A DNA stretch of 58,129 nucleotides, filler included, from Dugesia japonica (Eukaryota), in NCBI GenBank assembly GCA_001938525.1. It is 6 parts of 6 records of this genome, joined end to end, with 100 filler letters (N's around TTAATTAATTAA, not from the genome) between each part and the next. Parts side by side here need not be neighbours in the genome. Positions count along the whole stretch, not along the records: positions 20,779 to 30,189 come from MQRL01630715.1; positions 30,290 to 39,262 come from MQRL01620452.1; 4 more parts are not named here. One strand, 5' to 3'. The notes under the pieces are model-generated. The model was given only the letters and a program-made list of their open reading frames with translations, made no database searches and had not been told where the DNA came from. This document shows, piece after piece, positions 23,571-36,825 of this stretch. How positions within the stretch are numbered: position 1 is the stretch's first letter; each line of letters begins with the position of its first letter. Made by a program: the position numbers and the translations under genes.

Positions 23571-24984
23571 GTCACGCACTGAGTTAGAAATTTGTGCATT
23601 TTTTGATATTGAATTTTAGCAATACAATTGATTATTTAACTTTTGTTCGTGCCAAGTAAATATTTTGACTAAGGCCTCAATTAAACAATATAATTTAATT
23701 GGAAATCATTTTTGTTGTTGTATGGCAGATGATAAAAGTTTTATATCTGAAGAATATTTGGAAATCTTAAAAGATACGGAAGCTGCACTCAAATCCTTAG
23801 TCAAACTGTCTAATGTTTGAATTTATGAAATTCGTCGCAGAAAACAACGATTCGCATGAGTAAATAGATGAGAAAATAGATAAAATTGCCACTGCTACAT
23901 TTTTCTTACAGTTAAAAGTCTCAGGAAAGTCATTACAAAAATTGAACACTTAATTTTTTAAGCAAAAGCTTTAATTTTAACCCATTTCAAATTCAATTAA
24001 TTTTATTCGCATTATTAAGTCAACAAACTTTTGTTTCCAAACTGAGCTAGACTGTACCTCAATTAACTCCATTTAACATGTATGTACTTTCCTTCAGTCA
24101 AATATTGTCAAATCAAAACTTTCAAATTCGACTGTGTCTGGATATTTTGATGGGCTGGAACAGCCTCGAATGTTAGTAATAGAAGCCAACAATTACATCA
24201 GACAATAAAATAAAGGCTATGAAAATTAAATGATCAAACAAATAGATTATATATACGGTAATTATAGAAAAAATAATGGAAAACAAATAATAATAAATAC
24301 TCCTCAAATTAATTAATAAAATTAATTACTTTAAGGAAATAAATAATCACAAAAGAATGAGAAAGCACAAGTAGATCTATAATTAAAACATGTCAAAAGT
24401 AAATAAAAGAATTATCTAATATTAAAAAAATTAAAAGAACTTTATATTCGAGAACAAAGATAAGTTTTAAAAAAAATATAAAAGGGGAAGTAGTGAATAA
24501 AAGCTGAGAAAATAAGATGAATTATATAAATATAATAATAAACTTAAAAGAAACCAAAAAATATGGACCGAAGTAATAATCTATAGGAAATACTGCCCAG
24601 AAATAAAATAACCGAATTATATTTAAACAAGAGTAAAATAAATCCAAGAAAGATAACAAAATAAAATAGTGCTCAAGCAGTGAAGATAAGAAAATATGAA
24701 ACTCGTGAATTAAATAATTATAAAAAACTGTAATATTTAGCGAATTAAAACAAGGGTTAAATTGGAGAATAAAGGAAATTAATTTAAAGATAAAAGAAAT
24801 AAAATAAAAATGCTCAGTAAATAAATTATAAACGAGTATATAAGAAATATTATCAAGGAAAAAATTAATGAGAAACAATAGCGCTTTGAAATAAAACAAA
24901 TAAATGATACTCAAAGAGAAATTAAAATGAGATCAATTAGAACTAAACTACAAAGGAGAATTAAAGAATTGAATAAAAAATTGG

Positions 24985-25221
24985 AAATATGGATCAGAAG
25001 AAAATAGAAAAAAGTCTATTAAATCATCAAAACAATTATCTCTCTATGGTTCATTACAACTTAATTTCATGGATCTGCCAAAATAGCTTATTCCTGGTGT
25101 CAATGTTCATATTCGATTGAAATGAGCACCCTCTAAGATTTTTTTGGAATCTCCAGCCAATGAACCTAAATATGTATTACTAGACGCGAAATTAATAGTT
25201 AGACGTGTACTAGTTGATCCA
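24985..25221 (+). pseudogene. Major capsid protein, central piece (copy 2)
   Basis: YGSEENRKKSI...LIPGVNVHIRLK...AKLIVRRV; matches 8815-9050. Confidence 0.85.
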
Positions 25222-25223
25222 TT

Positions 25224-25566
25224 GACTGTCGTCTTCATATTAATGTGCATTTAGTTCTTTAAAAACTACATAAATAGCGTCGCTGACTTCAATTTGTCTG
25301 CTTAATCTTGCAAACAAAGCTTCTATTATATTTCTATCCTTCTCGTGAATTCCAGATAGAAGCAGACTAAATTTAGATTTTTTTATTGAAACTGTTTTCC
25401 AAAATAAAATATTACTTTATAAAATGAAATAAAAAATAATTACTTTGAAGTCATAGATAATCGGAGTCTTCAAAAAGAACATCATATAATTCAACAAATC
25501 AGTAATTTTCCCCAGTTCCACATTTATTGTTGGTACGTTTTCTTTAGTGAGTTAGTTTTCTTGCAT
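25224..25566 (-). pseudogene. Accessory gene B (copy 2)
   Basis: Reverse-complement homolog of 1884-2224. Confidence 0.65.
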
Positions 25567-25832
25567 TTTTGAGTTGAAAAAGTGATTAAATTTATGTAAA
25601 CATTTGCTTATATACTAGTTGCAATACANACATACTCGTTATTTGTGAGTTCCTATTGGTTAATATTTGCTATAATTGATATGATTTGTTAATATTTCTT
25701 TTAAGTGTTGCGATTAGTTAATGTTTGCTAAAATTGATATGATTCGGTAATAATCGTTTAAATAGTTATGACTGGTTACCAGGTTTACATAAATANGACC
25801 TGGTTTNAAAATTAAATCCACTTTTTACAAAA

Positions 25833-26398
25833 ATGAATGGTTTTGAAAANNATTTATNAAAATCCCAATCAAAGTGGAAGAGCTCTTGTTAACCAGAAAG
25901 GATTAGAAAATATAATTGAAGCCATTAATAACGGAACCATGAATAGTAATGAAGAAGAAATAAAAGAAGAAACAATCATTTAAGATGAACAAATACCGGA
26001 TGATGAAAAGAAAGAAGACACATGTCATGACAAAAAATTGTAAGATGCATACCCTGACATTGATGACGATGGTGTTCATTTTGAAAATATGGATGAAAAA
26101 TATGAAAATTATTATGGTAAGAGTTTAATTTATTATTACTTTATTTAATTTTCTTTTTTTAGAATTAGCGAAACAGATATTAAATAAAAGGTTTCCAGAA
26201 TTTCTTAATGAATGTATGCTGTTGACCAAGGATGAATTTTTTACATATATATTGAGAACAACAGCAATAGACATGGTTTTAATTAGGGACTATTTCATCC
26301 AGGAACTTCGATTTGATTTCCCGTCTAATGTAAAAAAGACACATTATGAGATCTCGAAGGAAAATATTCTAAAAATGGCTGAAGATTTTGTAAATTAA
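25833..26398 (+). pseudogene. Accessory gene A (copy 2), intron 26117-26162
   Basis: The 46-nt intron joins YENYY to ELAKQILNKRFPEFLNECMLL; exon 2 is fully open. Confidence 0.75.
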
Positions 26399-26641
26399 AT
26401 GTTATGTTAATATATGTTTTATTGGATAATTGCCTTCTTTTATTTATTTATTGTTATATAATTAGTAAATTATTAAGTTTTTAGAAACAATAAATTAATA
26501 AGATTTTTTACAAATACTAAAATAATAAATAGTTTTTTTTATTAATAAATGCAATAGAAATGCAATAAGGATGCAAAAAAGCAACACGTACCTGTGAAGT
26601 TTTAATGAATGCAATAGGCATGCAATAGGGTTGCAACACAA

Positions 26642-27233
26642 CGGTTGAACCCTCAGTCCTAGCTGCTCATCAATTAGGTCTTAAAAAACAAAACGCTATT
26701 TATCCAATAAGAACTAAAAAGTCGTTGCATTTGTAATTAGTAAAGTTAGTTCGATGTTTTATAAGGAACAAATCTTTTGTGATTGTTGATTACCTAGCTT
26801 TATTCTGGTTACATTTCAAAATAGAGAACAATATAATGATAGTTATAAAATCTCGAGTTCAACAATTAAAAATTTAGATGATGTTTCTGTTTCCTTGAAA
26901 AAAAACACTGATTATTGAGAAATATATACTCAGAATTTTACAAACGATAATTATCCCACAACATATATGCAATCTATAGTAAAAAATATGGGATATTTGG
27001 ATAAGAATATGAATTTTGAAATAACACTTAGTGATCTTAAGAACAATTATCGCTTCTTTACATTTGTTCTTGAGCCAGATTTTGATATAAATCAGAGCCA
27101 ATTACCTCAACAAGGAAATTTGAGATTAAATATCAAGTTTGCCAAAGCTTTAACATCCTCAACATATATTATAAATTATATAGTATTTGAAAAAGAAATT
27201 CAGATTAATGCACACGAAACAGTATTGGTGTAA
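26642..27233 (+). pseudogene. Major capsid protein, C-terminal piece (copy 2)
   Basis: VEPSVLAAHQ...FFTFVLEPDFD...QQGNLRLNIKFAKAL...IQIN. Confidence 0.88.
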
Positions 27234-27684
27234 ACATTGTTATGTAATTTTGAAACANTTGCAATAAAGTAAGAGTTATTGTTTAGTTTATTGTTTAATT
27301 TATTAGTTCTATTCAGATTGAACGGAGTGCATCAAAGTTACTTGGATCGGCATATTTCACTAAACATTGCCTTAATCAACAATACTCATACATCAAATCT
27401 ATGTGGAGAACGTTAGACAGCTGTTTACAATAAAATTCGATATCAAGATCCATTTACTTTATTTACTGTTTATTAATAAGAAGCAACATTACAGATGGAA
27501 TATTTATTTGCATGTATTTGTAGTATACGAAATATATGTTTAATTGACCAAAAAAACTATTGCTCGTTTAATTTACCTAGACGAAAGAAAAACATTAATT
27601 TTGTGTAATCCTATGTTATAATAAATTATTGTATGGAAATAAGCAGAATTATTATTCAAATCTATTTATTAAATAATAATTATA

Positions 27685-27935
27685 TCAAATCCGTGAAAAC
27701 AAATAAAATAACACAATGGATGTCAATAAAGTCACAGTAACAAATTTGAATCTCTTTTGACTCTTCAATTCTTCCTTAATTTTGTCAATGAATATTGATC
27801 GAACAATAAGTTCTACATAATATTGTTTACTCATTGGACCATTTTCGAGTTTCAATAGGAATTGGATTTCGTCGACGGATCCACTGTTAATTGTTTCTGT
27901 CAATTTTTAAATTTCTTTTTCCAATTGATACATAT
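27685..27935 (-). CDS. Accessory gene E (copy 2), small C-terminally anchored membrane-protein-like ORF
   Basis: Hydrophobic tail FVTVTLLTSIVLFYLF; homolog at 10221-10469. Confidence 0.6.
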
Positions 27936-28139
27936 TGCGAATAAATTTGAACTGTAAAACAGATTTATACAACGAATGCTACTGATCATATACTCATAAC
28001 GATACATATATACTTGTTATTTTTTAGTTTCTAATAGTCGTTACCTATTTTAAAGAAAATGAATGGTTATTATTCATTTTAATTTATATGAGTGGGTGTA
28101 ATTTGTTTTACATTATATGATTTGTTATCTAAAATCATA

Positions 28140-28720
28140 TATACTTATGAATATGACGCGAGAATTCATTTGGCATGACGTGACCATGTATGTACATGGT
28201 GAAGTTATATTAAATGGTTGCTATCCAAATAATACCATCATAAACCATATAATACATGGTTGCTATGTAAATAATACAAGGTATCTATGCAAATAATACA
28301 CTCATAGACCCTATATTACACGGTTGCTATGTAAATAATAAAAGATAACTGTTCAAATAATACACTCATAAACACTATACACTTAAAAACTCTGTACATT
28401 CATAAAAATATTTACTTATAAGTTTTTTATATAGGCTTATAAGGTATTTATACAGTAATTTTTAATTATATTTATAAAAATGTTCTATACTCATAAACCC
28501 TATCCTATGAAACATCCTATACATTCATAAAAATATTTACTTATAAGTTTTTATATATTTTTATAAGATATTTATACAGTAATTTTAAGTTATATATATA
28601 TATGTGTAAATGTTCCACTTTCATAAAACCTATAGATTTATAAAATTATTTACTTATAAGGTATTTATACAATATTTTAAGACATATATGTATATATATA
28701 TATTTATATATATAAACAGC
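28140..28720. repeat. Inner TIR-type repeat array of copy 2
   Basis: GGTTGCTATGTAAATAATA and TATTTACTTATAAG repeats, related to 10680-10950. Confidence 0.7.
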
Positions 28721-30189
28721 ATTTACGATTATTTAGTAAATCATTTAAAATAAACGATAGAAATGACTGCAAAGGTTTCACTCTCATTTCTTTTGGAAGC
28801 TTAAACCATGCAATAAAAAACGGAAGACTGCTGAAATTTCATATATTTGTTTAAGTCTATACAAGTTATTTGTTTATCACTTTATTCATTTTTATTAACA
28901 TTTGAAAGCTTTTTTCCAAGACTTTTTAATAGTTTTTTAACTCACTCAATTAATTCTCGTTTGACGGTTTCTTTATTTGTTTCTTATTTTGTAACTAGCC
29001 TTTTACAAATAGCCTATTTTACAACTGGCTTTTTACGTTTGATTTTCAAATTACCATCGATTTTCAAACCGATATTTTCTTGATCAACTAAAAGTTCTTT
29101 AAATTTTGACATTTTAAAATCAAATACCCAATAGATTTGAGTATAGTTGGCACATTTACAAAAGACATATTGGGGTTTCCAACAACTAAGCTCGTTTATT
29201 CTACAAAATACAAAATCTAACTCTGAATTGAATATGATTTCAATCTCAGATAAGCATCCGTCCTTGAAGTTTATTATTTTTTTAATCACTTAAACAAAAA
29301 AAATTTCAAAATTTTATTTGATTTGAAAATTGGGCCTCAGTGTATTATTACTTTTGTTGGAAATTATCATCATTTGAAACTGTTTAAATAATACTTCATA
29401 CATATGCACAATCTACACTTTATGTATATACCAATAAAAAAACCTATATCAAATAAAATGTTAGCAAGAATGAAACTTACAAGTTTAATGAACCAATAAA
29501 ATGAGTTTATTACACTAATATCCGATTGGTCGCAGACCAACTTTCAATTTTTCATTCTCAAACTTAGTTCTGTGTTTGAACCCCAAAAATTTCATAATAA
29601 TCACTAACTACCATTTAGGAATGTCTATAATAGTGTTTCCCAAAGGGCAAAAGAAAAGAAAAGTTGCGAAACACCGTTTAACAAAATTGATTTATTAATT
29701 TATTATTTCATTAAAGTTTGTTCGTTTTTAAATTAAATCATTCATGTGAATGACTTCTCGTCATTTTGAAAATTTTATTTATCGATTTTTAATAAATCTG
29801 TAAAGTTAAAAAAATTAATATTTAAATTGTAAAGCTTTTTAAATTTTAAAGACCTTTTATAATAACATATTTGTTTAAAATAATTGAAATACTATCAATG
29901 ACAAAAAAACTAATTTGTATCGAAGCTTTTAATTAAATGATAAAATAAAATAATATTAAAATAAATTACATAATACAACATAATGTGGAAAAAATTGATT
30001 TTTGATTAAATTTTATTTTAAAAACTAGGTATCACTTGGCAAAAAAGATGGTTTCTCAATGAAATTTTAGTGGCTTAAATATTTCATAAAGGTCTGAAAA
30101 AATTACACGAAATGCTATTGATTAAAAAAATAAAAGTAAACTGAAAAAAATTTATCTGTAACTCAATAATTCATTAGTAGCAACATTTT

Positions 30190-30289
30190 NNNNNNNNNNN
30201 NNNNNNNNNNNNNNNNNNNNNNNNNNNNNNNNNTTAATTAATTAANNNNNNNNNNNNNNNNNNNNNNNNNNNNNNNNNNNNNNNNNNNN
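30190..30289. other. Artificial contig-join linker
   Basis: N44-TTAATTAATTAA-N44. Confidence 0.97.
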
Positions 30290-30449
30290 AATAATAATGA
30301 AACATAAATTATGTACAGAACCATTATTTGTTTTTAGGATTTTTCTATTAGCTAAATAAATTTAGCTTATTTTAATATCCCAAAAATTCTTGACATATTT
30401 TTAAACTTTTAGTTTGAAGCTTACTTACCTCATTTTTATGTTAATATTT

Positions 30450-31420
30450 TAATTTTACAAGTACAACTATTTTGAGAATAATTGCTGGACTTAACCATTG
30501 ATAGCATTAGAGATTTTTTTGAAATAANNNNNNNNNNNNNNNNNAAGTAATACTCTTATTTTTGGATTACTTAGCTTAGTAACTATAGTAACCTTAAATC
30601 AAAAGGTAGTACAAGGCATCTTTGCGTAACGTAACTGAAATTTTAATTATTTGTTTGAACTGATTCTAAACTATATAATCTATTGATGTATGTCTGGCAT
30701 TTTATAATACGTTTTACAAAATTTAGAATCTGAATCATATTATTTAGAATTCCTTTCCTTAAAATACCAGAATGATTTGTTTAAAAATAGTCTTAGAAGA
30801 ATTCAAAACTAAAATTACCAATCTGGATAAAGGTAAAATAAAATGTAAAGGTTTGTACACAAACAATTTTACCAAATATTTACTTAACAAAATAATTTTT
30901 AACAAATAAATTTTTACTATTGTAAATTTTACAAAAGAAGAAGATGCCTTTTAACAGAGTTGATTTATTGCTTTTAATTTAGTAAAAAAAAGTAAAGATA
31001 TAATAACAAAATGAGCCAATTTATATAATATTTAAGTCAGTTTGAATGAGAACATGAGTTTATTAAAAATAATTAAAAGCTAAGTTGAGAGGAGATTTTA
31101 CAATTGAATTTGACATTTAATATTTTTTTTATGATGAACTTCAAGCAGAAGTTGCTTCAAATAAATTGAACAGTAAAATTAAAAAAACACAAAAATTTTA
31201 TTAAATGTTTTTCTGTCTAAACTGTATTTGTTTGATTTAAGTTGTCAAAAATCTCAATTGTTAGATAAATCGACTTTGGAGTTATCATCTATTCTAGCTA
31301 CTTCTGTAGAATCGGAAAGGGGTTTTAAAATAGATGGAAGGTTTTATAAAAAAGAACGAAGTCAATAACATCTGAAATTGAAACTCTGTGTTAAATTATT
31401 ATTAGAAAAATAAAGAATAA
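30450..31420 (+). pseudogene. hAT transposase, C-terminal remnant
   Basis: SILATSVESERGF at ~31288-31326 (hATC dimerisation motif). Confidence 0.65.
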
Positions 31421-33976
31421 AATTATATTTAAAAAGTATTTATTTTACATTTGGTAAACAAAACATATTTAATTCATTTCAATTAACTAGGATACTTATA
31501 AACAGTTAGTTTATTAAATATTTTTCGAATAGGATAGTTTTTTGAGAATCAAAAAATAATTGTCGAGAAATGCAAAGCATAGTATTTAAACAGTATAAAT
31601 TCTATTTCTACTTACAAAACCAATGTTGTATGAGTAAAGAACAATGTGACTTTGTGAAGAACCGAGTTCCTCCAAAGGTCTGTGGGTGTAAAAGACAACT
31701 CCTTCTTGTTCATGACTGATGATCGGCTTGAACACTGTTGATTATTAATACTGGTGTCATCGGGCTTAAAGCACCGGAACCATGATTGGACTTGTTAGGT
31801 AATTCTTCAATCGGTAATTCGTTTTCAAAATCACAACTATTTTTAGACAATTTATTTCAATTCACAAAGCTATCTCTATTATATAATTATATGTAAATAG
31901 ATCCATAAAAATATTTATTTACAATTTAATCGATTTCTATTGGCTGAATTAAATATTAATTTATAATTATTTTCTTATAGAACTGTAACATTTTCACTAC
32001 ATTCTTACCTTCAATATTACCAATTTTACGAGTCCCAGCGTTGCTGTAAACCCTTTATTCCAATAATGAAGTAACAGGAAAATAATTGAAATTTTTCGTC
32101 CATAAATTTACACAAATATTCCATTGAAAATAAAATATATAAATTAATTAATAAATCAGAACGATTTACTTTTTCCATAATTTCAATATGGTATCAAATA
32201 TCGTGGCGAAAAGTTTTGTATTAATGAAATAGAAAAATAAATTTCATGTATTTGAGAAAAGTTAATAACTTTTGACTCAACCTGATATATTGAAAGTAAT
32301 TTAGTTTTGTTTAGGAAAGTATTATTGACATTAATTGGTTTATAAAAATGTATTCTTTGTTATGGTTTTACTATTGTTTGCGATCTTTTATTAGATTTTC
32401 TATAATTATTTTTTACATGAAAATCTAAAGATAGCAGATTTATAATTTTTATAAAAGTGTATTACAATTTTAGTTTTAATTAAATATATAAAATATAAAT
32501 CAGCAAAGATCTTTAAATTCTTTAACAAATAGTTAAACAACTTACAGAACCCAACCAAAATCGAAAACAAACATAAAAAGGTAAAAAATNTGTAAGTGAA
32601 TACAAAAGAAAATTAGTATGAATTAATAACAAATGTACATCATTCCCAAAGAAATGAAATAAATTTAAAAAAGAACATAATTAATTCTCCCTAAAATTTT
32701 TAAAACAATCTGAATACTCTACAAAAAACCGGAAGAGGAAATAACTCAAAGTAATACTTCAAAATAATTTTGAAAATATATAAAAAATCTAAGAAAATTG
32801 TGGTAAAAAGATAATAAAAATCTAGAAAAACATTCAATAAAACTCCAAAATATGTAGGATTTCCTGCAAATTTTCTTCCCAGTAAAATAGTATAAAAGGA
32901 ACTAACAATTTGGTGAAAAACAACCACTTATTGAATAAAAAACTGTAAAGATTGTTTCATTCAGCAAAAATCTAATTTGACAGTCAACTTTGATATTTAA
33001 TTAATTGTTTGAATAACTCCAAAATCTAACCAGGAAGTTAGTCTCAATAATTGCCTTGACAATCAAATTCAAAATTTTATCCAGCAGGAAATTCTCAGGA
33101 TAATTGTTTCGACAATTAAGTTCACAACTTTATCTAACAATCCACTCTCGGAAGAATCACATTGACAATTAAATTTTCGAATTCACCCCGCCAGGCTGTT
33201 GTCTAAATAATTGCCCGGATAATCACGTCAGCATCAGAATAAATTATATCCCATTAGTAGTGAACTTTTCAGAAAAGAACAAATAATTGCAGTTCAATTA
33301 TCTATCAGAGCTACTCTACTCGAAGTAGATAATTATAATCATCGACCAGTCCGACAGTATATAAAGCCACTACTTGAGATTACAATACACATAATCTTTG
33401 GGAGACAATATTATCTCAATACCTAGTAAATCATACAGAAACATCCAGGACCAGATAAGACTCATCAAGTTATATCTTTCATTCCAGTAGTCAAACAAAT
33501 CTTCGAATTTCAATCAAGAAATCTCGTTGAGTTATATTTTTCAGTTAAACAGATTTTCGTTATTAAATAAATATCAAAATTATATTTTCCATCCAAGCAG
33601 ATATTTCTGCAACCGTACTCAATCAGTAAGACCATTCAATTATTGTATATTTTTATGACACATTTAATATAATATTAATTCAAAATGAGTTGTTTTCAAT
33701 TACAATAGGACCTAAAAGTTTACTACTAAAATCAATACAAATAACCTATGATCAAACTCATATTTTTCGCCTCCCTCGTGGACAATTATTATTTTTATTC
33801 TTATTCTTGTTATTATTATCATCAATATTATTAATACAATTATTATTATACTATTATACTAATACCATTCTTAGGATGATGACCTTTAACGTTAATATTC
33901 TTATTATTATGAGCAATGCCATTCTCGCTATGACCATCTAGTAGTAATAGTATTAATCTTATTATTAACCTTGATC

Positions 33977-33979
<3 letters not shown>

Positions 33980-34030
<51 letters not shown>

Positions 34031-34080
34031 NNNNNNNNNNNNNNNNNNNNNNNNNNNNNNNNNNNNNNNNNNNNNNNNNN

Positions 34081-34136
<56 letters not shown>
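33980..34136. repeat. (TTA)n microsatellite with degenerate flanks
   Basis: Pure TTA run on both sides of an N gap. Confidence 0.95.
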
Positions 34137-34139
<3 letters not shown>

Positions 34140-35489
34140 TTTATTATTATTTTATTATTGTTCCAATTAGTATTATTTTTATTTTACTTACTGTTTTAAT
34201 CAGTATTATTATTGCCCTATTCTTTGTTATTATTATCATTAGTATTATCATCATTATTAGTATTGTTATCTTTGTCACTAGAATGCTTATTATTATTATT
34301 ATTATTATTTGTTTGATAAATACTACCATTATTATTCGTGATACCTTACTGATTATTATTACTATTCAACCCAAATTACTATGGTCAATTTCATTATTTT
34401 GTTAATATTAAAATATTATTTGTAACTCTTTACTATCATTACCATTTTCTATTGCCCCTGTAGTTAATCATTATTGTTATTGGTATTACTTTTATAAGTT
34501 ATCATCACACACTCCTAATTACTATTAATATCAGCATTAAGATTACAATTATTATACACATCATGATTATTCAAACTAATATCATTATCACCACAACTAA
34601 GGTAGAGATTACGATTGCGTTACGCAAATGCTTTTACTCCTGACAGTGACAATTAGGATTATCATCCTTTAACTAGTTCTATAATATTGATTGATCGAAA
34701 ATGACTACATCGTGTTGATTATTATTATAGATAAAAATAGCCTTATTACTATGCGCTAGAACCATTATTCGTCCGTAACGTGGTCATTAACACTCAGATA
34801 GATAATTCACGCTTAATAAAATTTCAAGGGTATTAATCCATCACTACTGCATCAAAATCTGGTCATAATATTACTATGTTATTAGCAGGGTTTTTTTCCC
34901 ATAAGGTTTTCGTCCTGATTTATCAACGTTTCTTAAACTATTGGCAAGATTCACGGTAACTACTACCATGACTGAAACGCCTTATATTTTTTTACATTTC
35001 ATTAACAAATAATGAATAAACATGAATTAATCTGACATATTTAGAAATGCACAAAAATGCTCCGCAGAACGTGGTAAACCAATATTTATTCTAATTACGA
35101 TCCAGTCGAACATTTAGAGCCAAAGTGCAGATTGCTGCCAGTTTTGATGGCTAAATGGCTACAGCCAAAAACTGGTCCAAAATCATGCTAAACCCTACAA
35201 AAAAATAGGCATGCTAGTTTTTGAGATGTCGCAACTTTCACAGCAAAATATCAAATACGCCCGAAGAGATGCAGTTCAAGGAATGCAAATTTGGGTATTG
35301 GAGGCCAAAGTGGAGTAACTCCGACAGTAGAACAAACAACTAAGCAAACTCCAGCACAACTTGCCATCAACATCTTCCTCAGATCCTCCTCCCTAAAAAA
35401 TCTGGAAGGTAATTATCGATCTGTCATAGGACACTTGATTTGTTGACTAACCTGTTAAATAAACACTGTATCTCTGCAGATTGTAAATT

Positions 35490-36825
35490 TTACTGTAAAA
35501 ATATCATGTCATGTAAATAAACCATTGCTCCAACTAGACCGTCCAATGCTTTTGTCATTAGTTCTTGGAATATTCTTGGGGCTGCTTTTATGCCGAAGGG
35601 CATTCTTGTGAAGCAATAATGATCCTTTTTTGTAGAAAAGGCTGTTTTCTCTTGTGACTCTTTATCTAACGGTACCTGATAATACTCTTTTGCCAAGTCT
35701 ATAGTACTGAAATATTTAGCTCCATTCAAATTTTCTAACATTTATCTACGTTTTGCATCAGGAAAGCCTGTCGTTNNNNNNNNNNNNNNNGTTTCCTGAA
35801 GTCCAAGCAAAGTCTCACATACTTTCTTTCTTTCTTCCAGACGCATATCAGTGATGTGCTCTACTGCGAATTACATGTTCTTATAATATTAGCGTCCGCT
35901 AAATTCTTAATAGCCATATCTATTTTTTCTTATAAATTCATGGGTTGTCCTCAAGGCTTCGTATTTATTGAATTACCCTTTGTCACTATCTTGTGTTTGC
36001 TAACATTGTACATCCGACATCTTAGTTATCTGCCATGAACACTCCTCAAAGTTTTACCATTACCTTTTCCAGGTTTTCGTTTCGTTTTGTCATCAAAATT
36101 CTTAAAGCTCTCTGTTCTCTTTCAGCATCCTCAATTATCCGGCCAAACCTTGCGTATTTGTTGTGGATCTACTGTTCATCTTCATGATCCTTTGTTTTTT
36201 TCTTTAAACGGTATTCAAACTAAAGTTGCATGTCCATTTCTCCAAAAAAGATTCGGACTTATTTCTTCCACTACAGTGTATTGTACGGTTTTCTTATTGT
36301 TTCCGATCTTTACTTCTACATATATCTTGCCCGCAAAGTTCATTATGCTGTTATTTGCACATTTTAACACGTCATCAGTTCTTATCAGCTCCACATTTGT
36401 CAGAATTCTAAAAATATTTAGGCTCATCACGTTTATCTTTGCACCTGTATCCAAAGGGCAGTTCATATATCTTCATTGAATTTTAACTTCCACAATGGGC
36501 CTACCATGGATTCTATCATAACTTATTTGTACTTGTTCATTCTCTTCTAATACCATTATTTTGTTATCAACATTTCTCGTATCTTTCATTATTTTGTTAT
36601 CTGTATTATACATATCTCTTACATATCTTATACATATTCATATGCCTCTTTTAATTCTCGATCAGTTAAGCCAATCACCAAGAAGTTTTTATCCTTTCTC
36701 TTTTCACCAATACATTTGAAGTATTTGGTGCAATCATTGATAAACTGTTCAATGTCGTCAACATGCCGGTAAATTCCTGGGTGTAGAACTTCTCGAATGA
36801 AGTCTATTGAAGAGTTGGTTGCCAT
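35490..36825 (-). mobile_element. Ty3/gypsy remnant: gag start, aspartic protease, reverse transcriptase
   Basis: LDTGAKINVM; YFSTIDLAKEYYQVPL, KTAFST, RMPFGIKAAP, VYLHD. Confidence 0.9.

Larger units (their letters stand above)
24985..28720. mobile_element. Rearranged partial copy 2 of the TBP-family Polinton-like element
   Basis: MCP pieces, genes A, B, D, E and inner TIR repeats, all alignable by eye with copy 1. Confidence 0.88.

Noticed and set aside
31610-32103. Possible multi-exon host gene on minus
   Set aside because: Splice-donor-like sites are present, but I could not build a stop-free frame or recognise a motif.
33690-34329. Hydrophobic ORFs around the TTA repeat, and similar ones at 24522, 32700 and 37860
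   Set aside because: Products of low-complexity AT-rich sequence or antisense shadows.
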